NCBI GenBank assembly: GCA_038890745.1
Contig: JAWAFD010000002.1
Coordinates: 248,782 to 312,781 of the forward strand
Length of the DNA: 64,000 nt
Reading direction: 5' to 3'
Source of the DNA: Candidatus Anstonellales archaeon
GTDB taxonomy: Archaea; Micrarchaeota; Micrarchaeia; Anstonellales; J096
The position numbers were made by a program, and so were the translations under genes. The notes below the pieces were generated by a model. That model saw only the letters and a list, made by a program, of their open reading frames with translations, had not been told where the DNA came from and did not search any database. This document shows positions 8,336 to 19,323 of this stretch, piece by piece. Every line of letters begins with the position of its first letter. Within the stretch, counting starts at the first letter, position 1.

Positions 8336-9514
8336 ATGCTATCTTACTCTTCCAGAACCGCAGGGATCGGTGGCGAAATAAAATCCTCACCAGAGGACTT
8401 TGTGGTTGAGGAGATCCTACCGGATGGTACGGTTTTGGAAATAGATAAAAAAATAAATTTTTCTGATAGCGGAGAAAAATTCCTTCATTTTGTTTTGCAG
8501 AAAAGAAATTTTACAACCGAAAAGGCGATAAAAACTATTGCCCGCGATTTAAGAATCTCACCAAAACGTTTCAACTACGCCGGGAATAAAGACAGGATTG
8601 CAGTAACAACCCAGAGGGTTTCTGTATTTGGGGTTAGAAAAGAGGAACTTTTTTCAAAGAATCTTACAGATATAAAAATAAATGGTGCTTGGTATGAGGA
8701 CGAGAAGGTAAGGCTTGGAGAACTACTCGGTAATAGGTTTAAAATAAAAATAAAAAATGCGAAAAACACAAAAAACATAGAATATATCTATTCTGAGCTT
8801 GAAGGAAAATTCCCAAACTATTTTGGTGGGCAGAGGTTTGGAAGTAGTAGAAAAAACACGCATAAGATTGGTCTAGCCATTTTGAAAAATAGGTTTGATG
8901 AAGCTGCGGGAATTTTTTTAACGGATGCTGAAGGAGAAAAAAATGAAAAGGCGGTAGAGGCAAGGACGAGATTAAAAGAGGAGCAGAATTTTTCTAAAGC
9001 CCTAAGGTATTTTCCAAAGCACCTTCATTTAGAAAGAAAACTTTTGGAGCATCTCGCAAAAAACCCAAACGATTTTGTGAATGCATTCAGAAAACTTCCT
9101 CGCTTCACCCTCCTTCTTTTTGTTCATGCTTTCCAAAGCCATCTTTTCAATCTTGAGCTTTCGGAAAGAATAAAGAATAACGATTTGGAAGCAAAACAAA
9201 ATGAGTACTGCTGTGGGGAAAATTTCTATGGCTTTCCAGATATGGAGAGAAAACAAAAAACCGGTTGGCTAGTGATGAATGTTGTTGGGTATGATAGTGA
9301 ACTCAACGAGTATGAGAAAGAACTGCTTGGTGAATTCGAGATAGAAAGAGAAAACTTTAAGGTTCGCTCCTTTCCAGAGATTTCTTCGCGCGGAAGCAAA
9401 AGAACAGCATTCTCTCCATTCAAGGATTTCTATTTTTCAAATTCTGTTTTTCATTTCTCCCTTCCAAAAGGATCCTACGCGACCTCTGCACTGCGAGAGT
9501 TTTTAAAAGCATAA
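8336..9514 (+). CDS. truD: tRNA pseudouridine synthase TruD/Pus7
   Basis: PEDFVVEE N-terminal motif, NYAGNKDRIA (catalytic Asp motif) and NYFGGQRFG motif II. Confidence 0.85.
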   Translation: MLSYSSRTAGIGGEIKSSPEDFVVEEILPDGTVLEIDKKINFSDSGEKFLHFVLQKRNFTTEKAIKTIARDLRISPKRFNYAGNKDRIAVTTQRVSVFGVRKEELFSKNLTDIKINGAWYEDEKVRLGELLGNRFKIKIKNAKNTKNIEYIYSELEGKFPNYFGGQRFGSSRKNTHKIGLAILKNRFDEAAGIFLTDAEGEKNEKAVEARTRLKEEQNFSKALRYFPKHLHLERKLLEHLAKNPNDFVNAFRKLPRFTLLLFVHAFQSHLFNLELSERIKNNDLEAKQNEYCCGENFYGFPDMERKQKTGWLVMNVVGYDSELNEYEKELLGEFEIERENFKVRSFPEISSRGSKRTAFSPFKDFYFSNSVFHFSLPKGSYATSALREFLKA

Positions 9515-9528
9515 TTTCTTATTTTTTC

Positions 9529-10620
9529 ATGAAATTTGAGGAACGAGAGGAGGAGGGTGCAAGATTCTTCATTTCAGAAAACGTTTTCTACAATCCCCAT
9601 ATGGAGCTGAGCAGAACCCTATCCTCCCTTCTCGCTGGTGCGCTGGGAGAAAAACTAAGGATTGTTGATGGAATGGCTGCCTCTGGCATCCGCGGTATGA
9701 GGTATAAAATGGAAAACAAAAATGTTGAGAAGGTCGCATTTGTTGATGTTTATGATAAGGCAATAGAATGCATAAAAAAAGGATTAGTGGCGAATAAAAT
9801 AAGAGGGGATGTTTTCAAGGATGATATAAATCGTTTTCTTTTTAATTCAACAAACGAATACGATTTCATAGAATTAGACCCTTTCGGAACACCAGTTCCG
9901 CATGTTTATTTTGCTGTGCGCGCGATAAGGAACCTCGAGCGAGGGTATCTTTCAGTCACCGCAACGGATACAGCGGTTTTGTGTGGCGCGCATAAGAAAG
10001 CATGCTTAAAAAACTACCATTCACTACCCGTGCGAAACTACATGTGCCATGAGACAGGCCTGCGGATCCTCATAAATTTTATTGCGAGGATAGCGCATGA
10101 GTTTAATTTTGGTATAAAACCTTTGCTTTCTTTCTACTATCGCCATCAGATGAAAACAATGATTAAATTTGAAAAGGGAGCGAAAAATGCAGATGAAAAC
10201 CTTAGGAAAATGGGATGGATAAATTTCTGTCCAAGTTGCCTGAACATCACGCATGGCAGAATGCCTGATAAGAACTGCAGTTTATGCGGAACTGAAAACT
10301 GGTGTGGTGGTGAGGTTTGGTTAGGGGGGATAAACGATAAAAACATAATAAAAAAAATGATTGAATTGAATAAAAAAAGAAAATACAAGAGCAGGGAGTA
10401 TGTGGATAGGTTCCTTCTTGTTCTATACGAAGAACTAAGCCTTCCCTATTTTTTTGACACCCACGAGATAGCAAAAACCTACAGGGTTGAACCTCCAAAG
10501 ACGGAAGAAATTATAAAATTACTGAAGAATAAAGGTTTTGAAGCAAGCAGGACGCATTTTTCGCCAACAGGGTTTAAGACGGATGCGAGCATAAAAGAAA
10601 TTCTTTCATACCTGAAATAG
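9529..10620 (+). CDS. trm1: tRNA (guanine26-N2)-dimethyltransferase Trm1
   Basis: VFYNPHMELSRTLS (the FYNP..RD-like Trm1 motif), a class-I MTase core, and a C-terminal Cys cluster CPSC..CSLCG. Confidence 0.75.
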   Translation: MKFEEREEEGARFFISENVFYNPHMELSRTLSSLLAGALGEKLRIVDGMAASGIRGMRYKMENKNVEKVAFVDVYDKAIECIKKGLVANKIRGDVFKDDINRFLFNSTNEYDFIELDPFGTPVPHVYFAVRAIRNLERGYLSVTATDTAVLCGAHKKACLKNYHSLPVRNYMCHETGLRILINFIARIAHEFNFGIKPLLSFYYRHQMKTMIKFEKGAKNADENLRKMGWINFCPSCLNITHGRMPDKNCSLCGTENWCGGEVWLGGINDKNIIKKMIELNKKRKYKSREYVDRFLLVLYEELSLPYFFDTHEIAKTYRVEPPKTEEIIKLLKNKGFEASRTHFSPTGFKTDASIKEILSYLK

Positions 10621-10657
10621 AAATATTTAAAAACACTTTTATTAATAAACTATAACT

Positions 10658-12808
10658 ATGAAAAAAATCAGCATCTCATGGAGTATTCCAATTGCTACTT
10701 GGCTTACCATAGCAGGTGCGCCAGGCACAGATCCACTACAAGCGCAGGAGCTAACCCCACCAAGCGAGCAGAGCGCCCAGACGGTTGACAGCACCGGTTT
10801 AAAATTACGAACTGAATTTATGAGTGCGAAAAAAACTACTGAAAAAAAGAAGGCGCTGATAGCTTATGGAGACTGGATTTTACAAAACCAAAATGGAGAA
10901 GAAGCAAGATACTTAATGGCCCTTTTGAGCTATAAAGAAAATTATCAAAAAATGGAGTGGGAAGCTGGCGGGTATCTAGCCGGAATGATAGGGTTGGGAA
11001 TAGTACCGGTTGACACCGCAGTTGCTGTCTGGGGTATGATTGGTTGCCCGATGGATACTGCGTTCTCGTTTGTTAAAAGAAAAGTTGGAGAAGAGGCTCA
11101 GATAGATGCAATCTACAATTTTGCATTATACAGAAAAATCGATCCTCTAAAAGCAGTTGGAAGAATGGCAGGAACAAAAACCCCTTATGGTTTGAGCAGG
11201 GCGGTTGAGCTTGTTGGTATTGGGTATAGTCAAGTAGGAGAAGCCGAGGCGGTTGTGGATGCCCTTTCTGTTTATGGAAACATGGGTAGCGTGATGAACG
11301 AGATAATAAAAAACGAATCTCTTTGGAGAAATCTTCCGTATATGGTTGGGTTGTTGGATGCGGTTATTAAAAAATCAAATCAAAACGAAAAACCAGCGAA
11401 CATGGAAAAGTTAGGAAATGTGGTGTATGAAAAGGTTAAAGCCGGCGGACCGAGGGATTTAGCAAGATGGTTTGTGATCTCCCAGTTTTCTAACTCAAGC
11501 GGGGCTGCAGACCAGTATGCTTCTGCTTGCTTTTTGCTTTTTGGAGCAGGATTTTATGCAAGCGCAGACACAACAGTGGGTTTGGCAAAAAACTGCGGCT
11601 CAAACCCAGAGAATGTTTTGCAAAATTATTTTAGAGCATACTCAGATGGAAAAGTAAGTATTGAAAGATACCTGGAGCTCGTGCAAAAATGCGGTGAATT
11701 TACGTATTGCATGCCGGAGAAGAGCGTGGAATGGATGTGCAAAACCCAGAACCCAAAAGCTCTTGAAAAAGCAATTAATTTTATAGAGACCTATCAGGCG
11801 CTTGCCGGTGATCCCGAAAACCTTTCAAAATCCCTCTACCTCAACTTCTCTCGTTTGAGTGTTTTTAGGATGTTCATAAAAAGCAAAATTGAAAACAAAA
11901 CTAGCGTGTACGTTCCGTTTTATTCCAATGCAATCCACTGCGCCGGAGTGGACGAAATAAACCAGATTACTAAAGAAGTTGCAAAAGAAATTGACGGCGA
12001 CTATGAGTTGGCAGAGAAGGTTTACACAGATTTGCTTAAGAAGGATAAATTAAGGGCGGATGGGTTTGCTAGCGAGATGGTTGGAAATGCCCTAAAAGAT
12101 TTTGATAAGGTGTGGAGCGATTGGGTTAAAAATCCAAACAGCAAAACAGAGGTTGCCCTTGATAGGGTTTTAATGTTCTTGGTTAAAAATTATGGGAGAA
12201 ACCAAGATGCGACGGATAAACTAAATTCAATTCTTAAGAGTGATAAATATACAGATGCGCAAAAATATAAAATAAGAAGACAAATTGAAATTGAAGCAAA
12301 AACAAGTCGAGAAGCAAAAGCAGCCCTTCAGCTTCTTGATTCGCAGATAAAAAGTTCTCAAACGCAGCAGGCCGAATCTGAAAAAATGGATAAGATAAAT
12401 AGATATCCATCTTATATTTTGAAACTCAACCCGAATATTACTTTCCCTCAACTTGATGCGATGGATAACGATACGCTTAGAAGAGATGTAAAAAGTGCAA
12501 TAAAAGATATGGCCGGGAGCATTACTACATTCGATCAGGATATTCAAAAAATTCTCAATGGCAAAAAAGGAATGGAGAGAAAAATATTGATATGGACAAT
12601 AGTGGAAGCGGTTTGCGAGATAAATAGTTCAGCAGCAGTGCTGAAGGCAATGAATCTTGTAAAAGATCCAGTATTAAGTAGGCAGGAAGCAGAAGAGGTT
12701 CTGGGGTACATAACCAGGTGGGATAGTTCTAAAAACTACGGCGGATTAAGAGTACAGATAAACGAAATGGCAAAATGGATTCAGGAGAATAAAAAGAACG
12801 GAAAATAA
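10658..12808 (+). CDS. large secreted hypothetical protein (signal peptide)
   Basis: 716 aa; N-terminal hydrophobic signal MKKISISWSIPIATWLTIAGAP. No recognisable catalytic motif. Confidence 0.55.
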   Translation: MKKISISWSIPIATWLTIAGAPGTDPLQAQELTPPSEQSAQTVDSTGLKLRTEFMSAKKTTEKKKALIAYGDWILQNQNGEEARYLMALLSYKENYQKMEWEAGGYLAGMIGLGIVPVDTAVAVWGMIGCPMDTAFSFVKRKVGEEAQIDAIYNFALYRKIDPLKAVGRMAGTKTPYGLSRAVELVGIGYSQVGEAEAVVDALSVYGNMGSVMNEIIKNESLWRNLPYMVGLLDAVIKKSNQNEKPANMEKLGNVVYEKVKAGGPRDLARWFVISQFSNSSGAADQYASACFLLFGAGFYASADTTVGLAKNCGSNPENVLQNYFRAYSDGKVSIERYLELVQKCGEFTYCMPEKSVEWMCKTQNPKALEKAINFIETYQALAGDPENLSKSLYLNFSRLSVFRMFIKSKIENKTSVYVPFYSNAIHCAGVDEINQITKEVAKEIDGDYELAEKVYTDLLKKDKLRADGFASEMVGNALKDFDKVWSDWVKNPNSKTEVALDRVLMFLVKNYGRNQDATDKLNSILKSDKYTDAQKYKIRRQIEIEAKTSREAKAALQLLDSQIKSSQTQQAESEKMDKINRYPSYILKLNPNITFPQLDAMDNDTLRRDVKSAIKDMAGSITTFDQDIQKILNGKKGMERKILIWTIVEAVCEINSSAAVLKAMNLVKDPVLSRQEAEEVLGYITRWDSSKNYGGLRVQINEMAKWIQENKKNGK

Positions 12809-14551
12809 CTATTCTACCGTTACAGACTTTGCCAGGTTCCTTGGTTTGTCTGGATTTATTCCTCTCTCAACGCTTGTGTGATAAGCGATTAGTTGGAGGG
12901 GGAGTATGAAATAAAATGGGTAAAGAATTTTTTCTTTGCACTCAATAACTATGGATTCATCAACAATCTTTCCGATTTCCTCGCTGTCAGTTATTGCAAT
13001 CACATACGCTCCCCTTGCCTTTACCTCCTTTATGCTCCCTATCATTTTTTCGTATGTTTCATCCCTTTGCACAAGGGCAATCACAGGAATATCCTTTTCT
13101 ATCAAACTCAATGGCCCATGCTTGAGCTCTCCTCCTCCGTATGCTTCTCCATGTATGTAAGAAATCTCCTTAAATTTCAAAGCCCCCTCATAGGCAATGG
13201 GCATGCATACTCCCCTTCCGATAAAGAACACGCTTTTTGCAAACTTTAATCTCTGCGCGATTTCTTTTGATTTTTCATCCACCTCTTCCAGAACCCTAGA
13301 AATCTCATCACCCACAAAAGAAAAATCTTTTTCTGGGAAAGTTAGTTTGTATGCTATTGCTAGTTGTGAAGTAAATGTTTTTGTTGCCGCAACCCCTATC
13401 TCAGGCCCTGCGTTCATGTAAACGGTTTCATCAGCAACCCTTGCTATGCTTGAACCCACAACATTCGTTATGGCCAATATTTTTGCCCCATGTTTTTTTG
13501 CGAATTTTATTGCCTGCAAAGTATCTGCTGTTTCCCCGCTTTGGCTTATTGCAATTACAAGGGTTTTCTTATCCGGTACTGCAACATACCTGTATTCTGA
13601 GGCGATTACAACATCAACCTTTTTCTTCAACTCTTTTTGGAACAGGTATTTGAGCATCAAACCTGCGTGATAGCTTGTACCGGCACCAATGACATCTATT
13701 TTTTCATACTTTTCAATCAGCTCGCTGGCTTTTTTCACATTACTCATAAAACTTTCCTTCACAGAATATCTCTGCTCTTCTATCTCTTTTAGCATGTAAT
13801 GAGGATACCCTCCTTTCTCTGCCTGTTCAGCGCTCCATCTTACCTCCATTGCTTTTTTCTTCCTCTCCTTCCCATTAAGATCAAAAAACATTGCTCCATT
13901 TTCATCGATCATCGCAACCTCTTCCTCATCCATCGGAATAAATGTTTTTGTGTGCTTTAGCATCGGGGTAAAATCAGATGCGCAGAACATCTCACCCTTC
14001 CCGATCCCAACAATGAGCGGGCTATTCTTTCTTGCTAAAAAAAGCTTTTTTTCTCTTTCAATTATGCATGCTATTGCATAAGAGCCTTTGAGCCGGTTTA
14101 TAGATTTTCTAAATGCCTCAAAACTTCCAACATTTTTTCTGTACTCTTCAATAAGATGCGCAACTATTTCGCTGTCTGTTTCTGATGAGAATGTATGCCC
14201 CCTGCCGGCTAGCTCTTCCCGCAATTCCAGATAGTTTTCAATCACTCCGTTATGCACCAAAACAACCTTTCCTTCGCAGTCGTGGTGGGGATGGGCGTTT
14301 TCAAAACTCGGGGGGCCATGCGTAGCCCAACGGGTGTGTCCCACTCCTAAAATTCCATTCATCTCAAGAAAATCCACTTTTTTTGAAACCTCCTCAAGCA
14401 TTCCTCTATCTTTTTTTGTTACTATCTTTCCGTCCTCGCCCATCACTGCTATTCCTACCGAATCATACCCTCTGTACTCAAGCGCCCTAAGCCCTTCCAG
14501 TATTACCTCTGAGGCCTTTTTTCTACCAACATATCCTATTATGCCGCACAT
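12809..14551 (-). CDS. glmS: glutamine--fructose-6-phosphate aminotransferase
   Basis: MCGIIGYVG Ntn-amidotransferase start and two SIS domains. The end is convergent with, and abuts, the preceding gene. Confidence 0.95.
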   Translation of the reverse strand: MCGIIGYVGRKKASEVILEGLRALEYRGYDSVGIAVMGEDGKIVTKKDRGMLEEVSKKVDFLEMNGILGVGHTRWATHGPPSFENAHPHHDCEGKVVLVHNGVIENYLELREELAGRGHTFSSETDSEIVAHLIEEYRKNVGSFEAFRKSINRLKGSYAIACIIEREKKLFLARKNSPLIVGIGKGEMFCASDFTPMLKHTKTFIPMDEEEVAMIDENGAMFFDLNGKERKKKAMEVRWSAEQAEKGGYPHYMLKEIEEQRYSVKESFMSNVKKASELIEKYEKIDVIGAGTSYHAGLMLKYLFQKELKKKVDVVIASEYRYVAVPDKKTLVIAISQSGETADTLQAIKFAKKHGAKILAITNVVGSSIARVADETVYMNAGPEIGVAATKTFTSQLAIAYKLTFPEKDFSFVGDEISRVLEEVDEKSKEIAQRLKFAKSVFFIGRGVCMPIAYEGALKFKEISYIHGEAYGGGELKHGPLSLIEKDIPVIALVQRDETYEKMIGSIKEVKARGAYVIAITDSEEIGKIVDESIVIECKEKILYPFYFILPLQLIAYHTSVERGINPDKPRNLAKSVTVE

Positions 14552-14618
14552 CGCTAGTTTTTTGCAAGATAAACCTTTTTAAGCACAACGCCATAAGTGA
14601 AATCTCTCTGGTGATCGT

Positions 14619-15176
14619 ATGAATGCAGAAGAGGCAATTGAAAAATTGAAGGAGGGGAATAGGAGGTTTGTGAGCGGACAAAGGGCGGGATACAATTTTG
14701 CTGAACGCAGAAAGGAGGTTTTGGGTGGTCAGAAGCCTTTTGTAACCATAGTTACATGCAGTGATAGCCGTGTTGTACCTGAATTTATATTTGATGCCAA
14801 CATAGGTGAGCTTTTTGTAGTAAGGACAGCAGGAAACATTTTGGACGATGTTTCACTTGGAAGCGTTGAGTACGGAACAGGGCATCTAAAGACCCCACTC
14901 CTCCTTATTCTCGGACATGAAAAATGCGGGGCCGTTACGGCAACATGCTCGGGTGGAAAGGCTCACGGGAAAATAAAAGACATAGTGAAAAAGATAAAGC
15001 CAGCATGCAAAAAAGCGAGCGGCGAGGTTGAGAAGGCGATAGAGATAAATTTGGATGGTGTTGAGGCATACATTCTTAAAAAAAGTAAGATGATAAAGCA
15101 TCTTGTTGAAGAAGGAGAACTGAAAATAAAAAAGGCGAAATACCTGCTCGGTAGTGGAGAAGTTATTTTTTTGTAA
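14619..15176 (+). CDS. beta-class carbonic anhydrase
   Basis: CSDSRV and HEKCGAV zinc-ligand motifs; 185 aa, short Cab-type. Confidence 0.85.
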   Translation: MNAEEAIEKLKEGNRRFVSGQRAGYNFAERRKEVLGGQKPFVTIVTCSDSRVVPEFIFDANIGELFVVRTAGNILDDVSLGSVEYGTGHLKTPLLLILGHEKCGAVTATCSGGKAHGKIKDIVKKIKPACKKASGEVEKAIEINLDGVEAYILKKSKMIKHLVEEGELKIKKAKYLLGSGEVIFL

Positions 15177-15230
15177 CCTATGCAATGTTTTTAAACATTT
15201 GTGTCCATATAAATCCACAAAGGTGAGAGA

Positions 15231-17516
15231 ATGAAAAGATTTCTAGCAATACTATTAGGGATTGTAATTGTTGCGAGCGGTTTGTTTTTTGCCGTTTCCT
15301 GCAATGAGAAGGTAGAGACGGTTACTTTAGAAGTAACGGTTCCTGGATTATCTGCAGGTTCTCAGCATAATTTTGATTTGCTGATTGCAGACTGGATGGA
15401 CAAACGATTGGAAAATAGGGCATTTAACAATTCTTTAGACCTATATACATACAAAAGAGGTTTATTGAATAAAAGGGCATCACCATATCAGAATCAGATA
15501 AATGGCTGGCTGGCGGAATTTGATGCTCTTGATTATTCTAATGTCAATGGCAATGGTGGTGTAGCAGCTTACAGGATAAGCGGAAACAATTTTGCTCCTT
15601 TCTCAACAATATTTATAGAGTCAGATCTTCCAGGAGGAGCATGGGACGAATCTCAGTTTGCGTGGTTTTCCGGATATTCAGAAATGGGCTACAGCAATTA
15701 TGAAGTTGCACCGACAATAACTTCTGGTGTTTACTCCCTAGTGTTTGGTCCGGATATGCACGGTCTTCCTCTTTGCCCAGGCGAACCCGGAACTTCATAT
15801 TGGGAATGTAATGAATGCAATGATAGAATCGAGAATTCCCATGTGCAAATAAAATTTCTTGGCAGCATGTGGGTGATCAGTGATGTTGATCCACCAACGG
15901 GTGCAACGCAAGTTGAGGATAAAGAAGTTTTCACAGAGGATGGAACAGAGATTGTTCTTTCAAAGGAAGAATCATGGGGTATTCTTTATCAGAAGGAGTG
16001 CTTAACCTACTCAAACATGGGTGTAAGGGTTTGTCTTGATAATATTAGTTCTTTAGAACCATGCCATCCAGCAATTGTGTCGTTTACAGACCTTTTGGGA
16101 AATCCTATATATGGCGACAATGGCCAACCAATTAAGGATGAGATCCCGCCAGGGGAAACAAAAATGATCTTTCTGCCTGGCTATGGCGGTATACGCGTGC
16201 ATTGCTATAGAACATACTATCCCGGTATATTCCAAGACACCAGAAATCGATCCTGGGCAGAGCTTGGAGTTTATTCAGATGAGATAAAGTTGGAGCATGA
16301 CAAAAAATTCAATATAAATGATGAGACTGCATGGAAGGTTCTTCTTGGCTGGACGGTTGAAAACGGTGGGAATGCAGATGAAGCAGACTACATTAAGGAG
16401 ATCACTCTTTATAACTCAGAACCTATGGAAAAAATGTTAGAGGGTGAAGGATATCCAGTCATTGATGTCCCGCCATATAATACATACCATTTGGTTTACG
16501 ATGGCCTTGAACCTGCTGAGTTTGATACAGTGCGCATGGAGTACCAAGAGAGATACAATCGGTCTTTCTATATAACCGGCTCTGGTGGTACATCACCAGC
16601 ATGCACAGCAGGACAAACGCTTGTTCTTGTGCCTGGTGAGCTAATAGTTGTCAGTTCTGAAAAAGATGAGTTCAACGAACCTTCAACAACATATGGAAGC
16701 AGGATTTACGTCATAGGTAGCTTTTCTGAAGGATATGGATGCACAGGTTCGCCAAAACCAGGCGACCTTATTCTAGAGGATAGTCATGGCAACTACTGGT
16801 ATGTCGGCTACCCATCAGATGTATCAGTTGGAAATACACACCTTGAATATGCTTATGCAGGAGATGAGGGGAATGTAGTGGTTTATGGTCCAAGCCAAAG
16901 CTGGAGCGGGAATGTTGAAGTCTGGCTTTCTGAAGACATTGGTTCGTGGGACAATTCACCAGGTACTGAATGCAAGCTTGTCGATGCTGTCGGTGTGAAA
17001 GAAGATCCTATAAATAAAAAACTGCTTTCTGTGTTCACCGGACAGGATAATAAAGTTAGTTACATTATTGCAGAAGACGGTGCCGACCCTCTTGGTACGG
17101 ATGTTCATTTAGTAGGACCTCCATTTGGTGTTCTTCAATGGCAGAGTGATTCTGACTACGCAACTAATTTCATTACACTTAGAGGTTCGTACGCAAAAAG
17201 TACCGGCTACAGGAGATGGATCGAAGTCTCTGACATTATAAGGCATGCAGAGTTTAACTTTACTGTCTACCCTCACCTTCCAGATGTTTTCATATGTGAT
17301 AAGATTCCAGAAGGCGAAATATGCAACGTAGGTGGTGTTTCGATTTTGGTGATGAGCATAGACCAATTCTTCAAATCGTGCGGTTTTGACCCAGCTGAAA
17401 TTCAACCAGCGCCAAAAGAAAATGAGCAAAAAATAACAGTAAACAAAACAACAAAAATAAAAATAGATGGGCAGAGCTATGAAATTCCCTCCCAGATAAC
17501 TGTTTCAAAGAATTAG
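15231..17516 (+). CDS. large surface protein, probable lipoprotein (lipobox-like FAVSC after the signal helix)
   Basis: 761 aa, N-terminal MKRFLAILLGIVIVASGLFFAVSC, rich in G/Y/W/N. No known catalytic motif. TATA-like tttaaa about 30 nt upstream. Confidence 0.55.
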   Translation: MKRFLAILLGIVIVASGLFFAVSCNEKVETVTLEVTVPGLSAGSQHNFDLLIADWMDKRLENRAFNNSLDLYTYKRGLLNKRASPYQNQINGWLAEFDALDYSNVNGNGGVAAYRISGNNFAPFSTIFIESDLPGGAWDESQFAWFSGYSEMGYSNYEVAPTITSGVYSLVFGPDMHGLPLCPGEPGTSYWECNECNDRIENSHVQIKFLGSMWVISDVDPPTGATQVEDKEVFTEDGTEIVLSKEESWGILYQKECLTYSNMGVRVCLDNISSLEPCHPAIVSFTDLLGNPIYGDNGQPIKDEIPPGETKMIFLPGYGGIRVHCYRTYYPGIFQDTRNRSWAELGVYSDEIKLEHDKKFNINDETAWKVLLGWTVENGGNADEADYIKEITLYNSEPMEKMLEGEGYPVIDVPPYNTYHLVYDGLEPAEFDTVRMEYQERYNRSFYITGSGGTSPACTAGQTLVLVPGELIVVSSEKDEFNEPSTTYGSRIYVIGSFSEGYGCTGSPKPGDLILEDSHGNYWYVGYPSDVSVGNTHLEYAYAGDEGNVVVYGPSQSWSGNVEVWLSEDIGSWDNSPGTECKLVDAVGVKEDPINKKLLSVFTGQDNKVSYIIAEDGADPLGTDVHLVGPPFGVLQWQSDSDYATNFITLRGSYAKSTGYRRWIEVSDIIRHAEFNFTVYPHLPDVFICDKIPEGEICNVGGVSILVMSIDQFFKSCGFDPAEIQPAPKENEQKITVNKTTKIKIDGQSYEIPSQITVSKN

Positions 17517-17546
17517 TTTTTAATTTCTTTCTTCTTTTTTCTTTTC

Positions 17547-18146
17547 ATGCTTTCTAAGCCATATCTTATCTTTCACTCCCTCCTCAAAAAATACGGCCCC
17601 CAAAAGTGGTGGCCTGCAAAAACGCAGTACGAGATAATAGTAGGTGCTGTGCTCACGCAGAACTGCGCTTGGAGGAATGTTGAGAAGGCGATAAAGAACT
17701 TGAAAAAAGCCCGCATGCTTTCCCCCAAAAATATACTTGCCCTCCGGCTCGCAGAACTTAAAAAACTCATAAAGCCAGCAGGCTTCTATAACCAAAAAGC
17801 AAAACGCCTGAAGTTGATAACTAAAAAATACCTTGAGCTTAAACCAAAACTCCACTCTCTTACAACCGAAGAATTGAGAAAAGAACTCCTATCTGTTAAT
17901 GGGATCGGGAATGAAACAGCAGATAGCATCCTCCTTTATGCATTCAACCGCCCCGTATTCGTAATAGATGCATACACAAAAAGGTTCTGTGAGCATTTTA
18001 AGCTTTTCAAAGGAAAAACCTATCATGACTACCAGCAGTTTTTTGAGAGATCCCTTCCTCGCAATACATACATTTTTAATGAATATCATGCTCTTATAGT
18101 AAGGTGGGCGAAGGAACATGGAAGTAGAAAGCGAAAAACTTTATGA
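17547..18146 (+). CDS. HhH-GPD family DNA glycosylase (endonuclease III-like, no Fe-S cluster)
   Basis: Helix-hairpin-helix LLSVNGIGNETADSILLYAF followed by a catalytic D (VIDAYTKR). Ends before any Cys cluster. Confidence 0.7.
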   Translation: MLSKPYLIFHSLLKKYGPQKWWPAKTQYEIIVGAVLTQNCAWRNVEKAIKNLKKARMLSPKNILALRLAELKKLIKPAGFYNQKAKRLKLITKKYLELKPKLHSLTTEELRKELLSVNGIGNETADSILLYAFNRPVFVIDAYTKRFCEHFKLFKGKTYHDYQQFFERSLPRNTYIFNEYHALIVRWAKEHGSRKRKTL

Positions 18147-19323
18147 ATTTAAGAAACAGATTCGAATGCTGAAAGAGTTTAGGGGTAGCGGAACGCAGCT
18201 CGTCTCAGTCTACATCCCGGCTGGCTATCCCATAAGCGAGGTTTCAGCAAAGCTCAGGGGGGAAATGAGTCAGGCAGAGAATATAAAGAGCAAGCAGACA
18301 AGGAATAATGTGATAGGTGCGCTCGAAAGGATCTTAACAGTTCTCAAAGGATACAAAAAAACACCGGATAATGGTATTGCAATTTTCTCTGGAAATGTTA
18401 GCGAGGACCCATCAAAAACAGATATCCAAACATTTACCATAGAACCACCATACAAACTCAGCGTAAGCATATACCGGTGCGACTCCTCCTTCTTTCTAGA
18501 GCCTTTAGAAAGGATGATGGAAGCGAAGGATGCTTACGGAATAGTTGCGATGGATGGCAGGGATGCAACGCTTGCTCTCCTCAAGGGAACAGAAACAATA
18601 ATCATGCGAAAGCTCCACAACCCAACCCCTTCAAAGGTAAAGGTTGGCGGGCAGAGTGCGAGAAGATACCAGCGTATAGTTGAGGAGGGAACGCAGCACT
18701 ACTATACTAGAATAGGAGAAGCCATGGATGAGATATTCCTTGGAAAGGTTAAGGGAATTATTGTCGGAGGGCCAGGGCCAGCAAAAGAAAATTTCTTGAA
18801 AGAAAAGCCTTTCAACTACCAGCACAAAATTTTGGGCGTAGTGGATACCGGTTATTCAGATGAGCATGGAATAAATGAGATTGTTTCAAAATCCGGAGAG
18901 ATTTTAGCAGAGCAGGAAGCGATAAAGGAAAAACAGCTTGTCGAAAGGTTCATAAAAGAGGTTGTGAGGGGTGGGCTTGCGACCTATGGCTTGAAGCAGG
19001 TTGAGGAAGCGATAACCATAAGGCAAGCAGAGCTTGTGCTTGTTTCAGAGGGGTTGGAGTATTCCCGCATAAAATTAAAATGCGGCTCATGCGGGAATGA
19101 GGAATCTAGGGTAGTAAAAGAAAAACCAAAAGAACCTTTAAGATGCTCAAAATGCGGCGGGAACATGGTTGAGGAGGAGGTTGAGCCTCTTATTGAATAT
19201 ATAATAGATTTGGCAAATGAAAATCAAGTAAAAGTTGAGGTCATTTCAACAAACACTTCTGAGGGAATGCAGTTTTTGCATGGTTTTGCGGGTTTGGGCG
19301 CATTCCTAAGATACCGAGTATGA
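18118..19323 (+). CDS. prf1: peptide chain release factor aRF1
   Basis: NIKS motif (AENIKSKQTRNNV), GGQ motif (KVKVGGQSARRYQRI), and a C-terminal-domain insert with CxxC..CxxC. Confidence 0.9.
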   Translation: MEVESEKLYEFKKQIRMLKEFRGSGTQLVSVYIPAGYPISEVSAKLRGEMSQAENIKSKQTRNNVIGALERILTVLKGYKKTPDNGIAIFSGNVSEDPSKTDIQTFTIEPPYKLSVSIYRCDSSFFLEPLERMMEAKDAYGIVAMDGRDATLALLKGTETIIMRKLHNPTPSKVKVGGQSARRYQRIVEEGTQHYYTRIGEAMDEIFLGKVKGIIVGGPGPAKENFLKEKPFNYQHKILGVVDTGYSDEHGINEIVSKSGEILAEQEAIKEKQLVERFIKEVVRGGLATYGLKQVEEAITIRQAELVLVSEGLEYSRIKLKCGSCGNEESRVVKEKPKEPLRCSKCGGNMVEEEVEPLIEYIIDLANENQVKVEVISTNTSEGMQFLHGFAGLGAFLRYRV

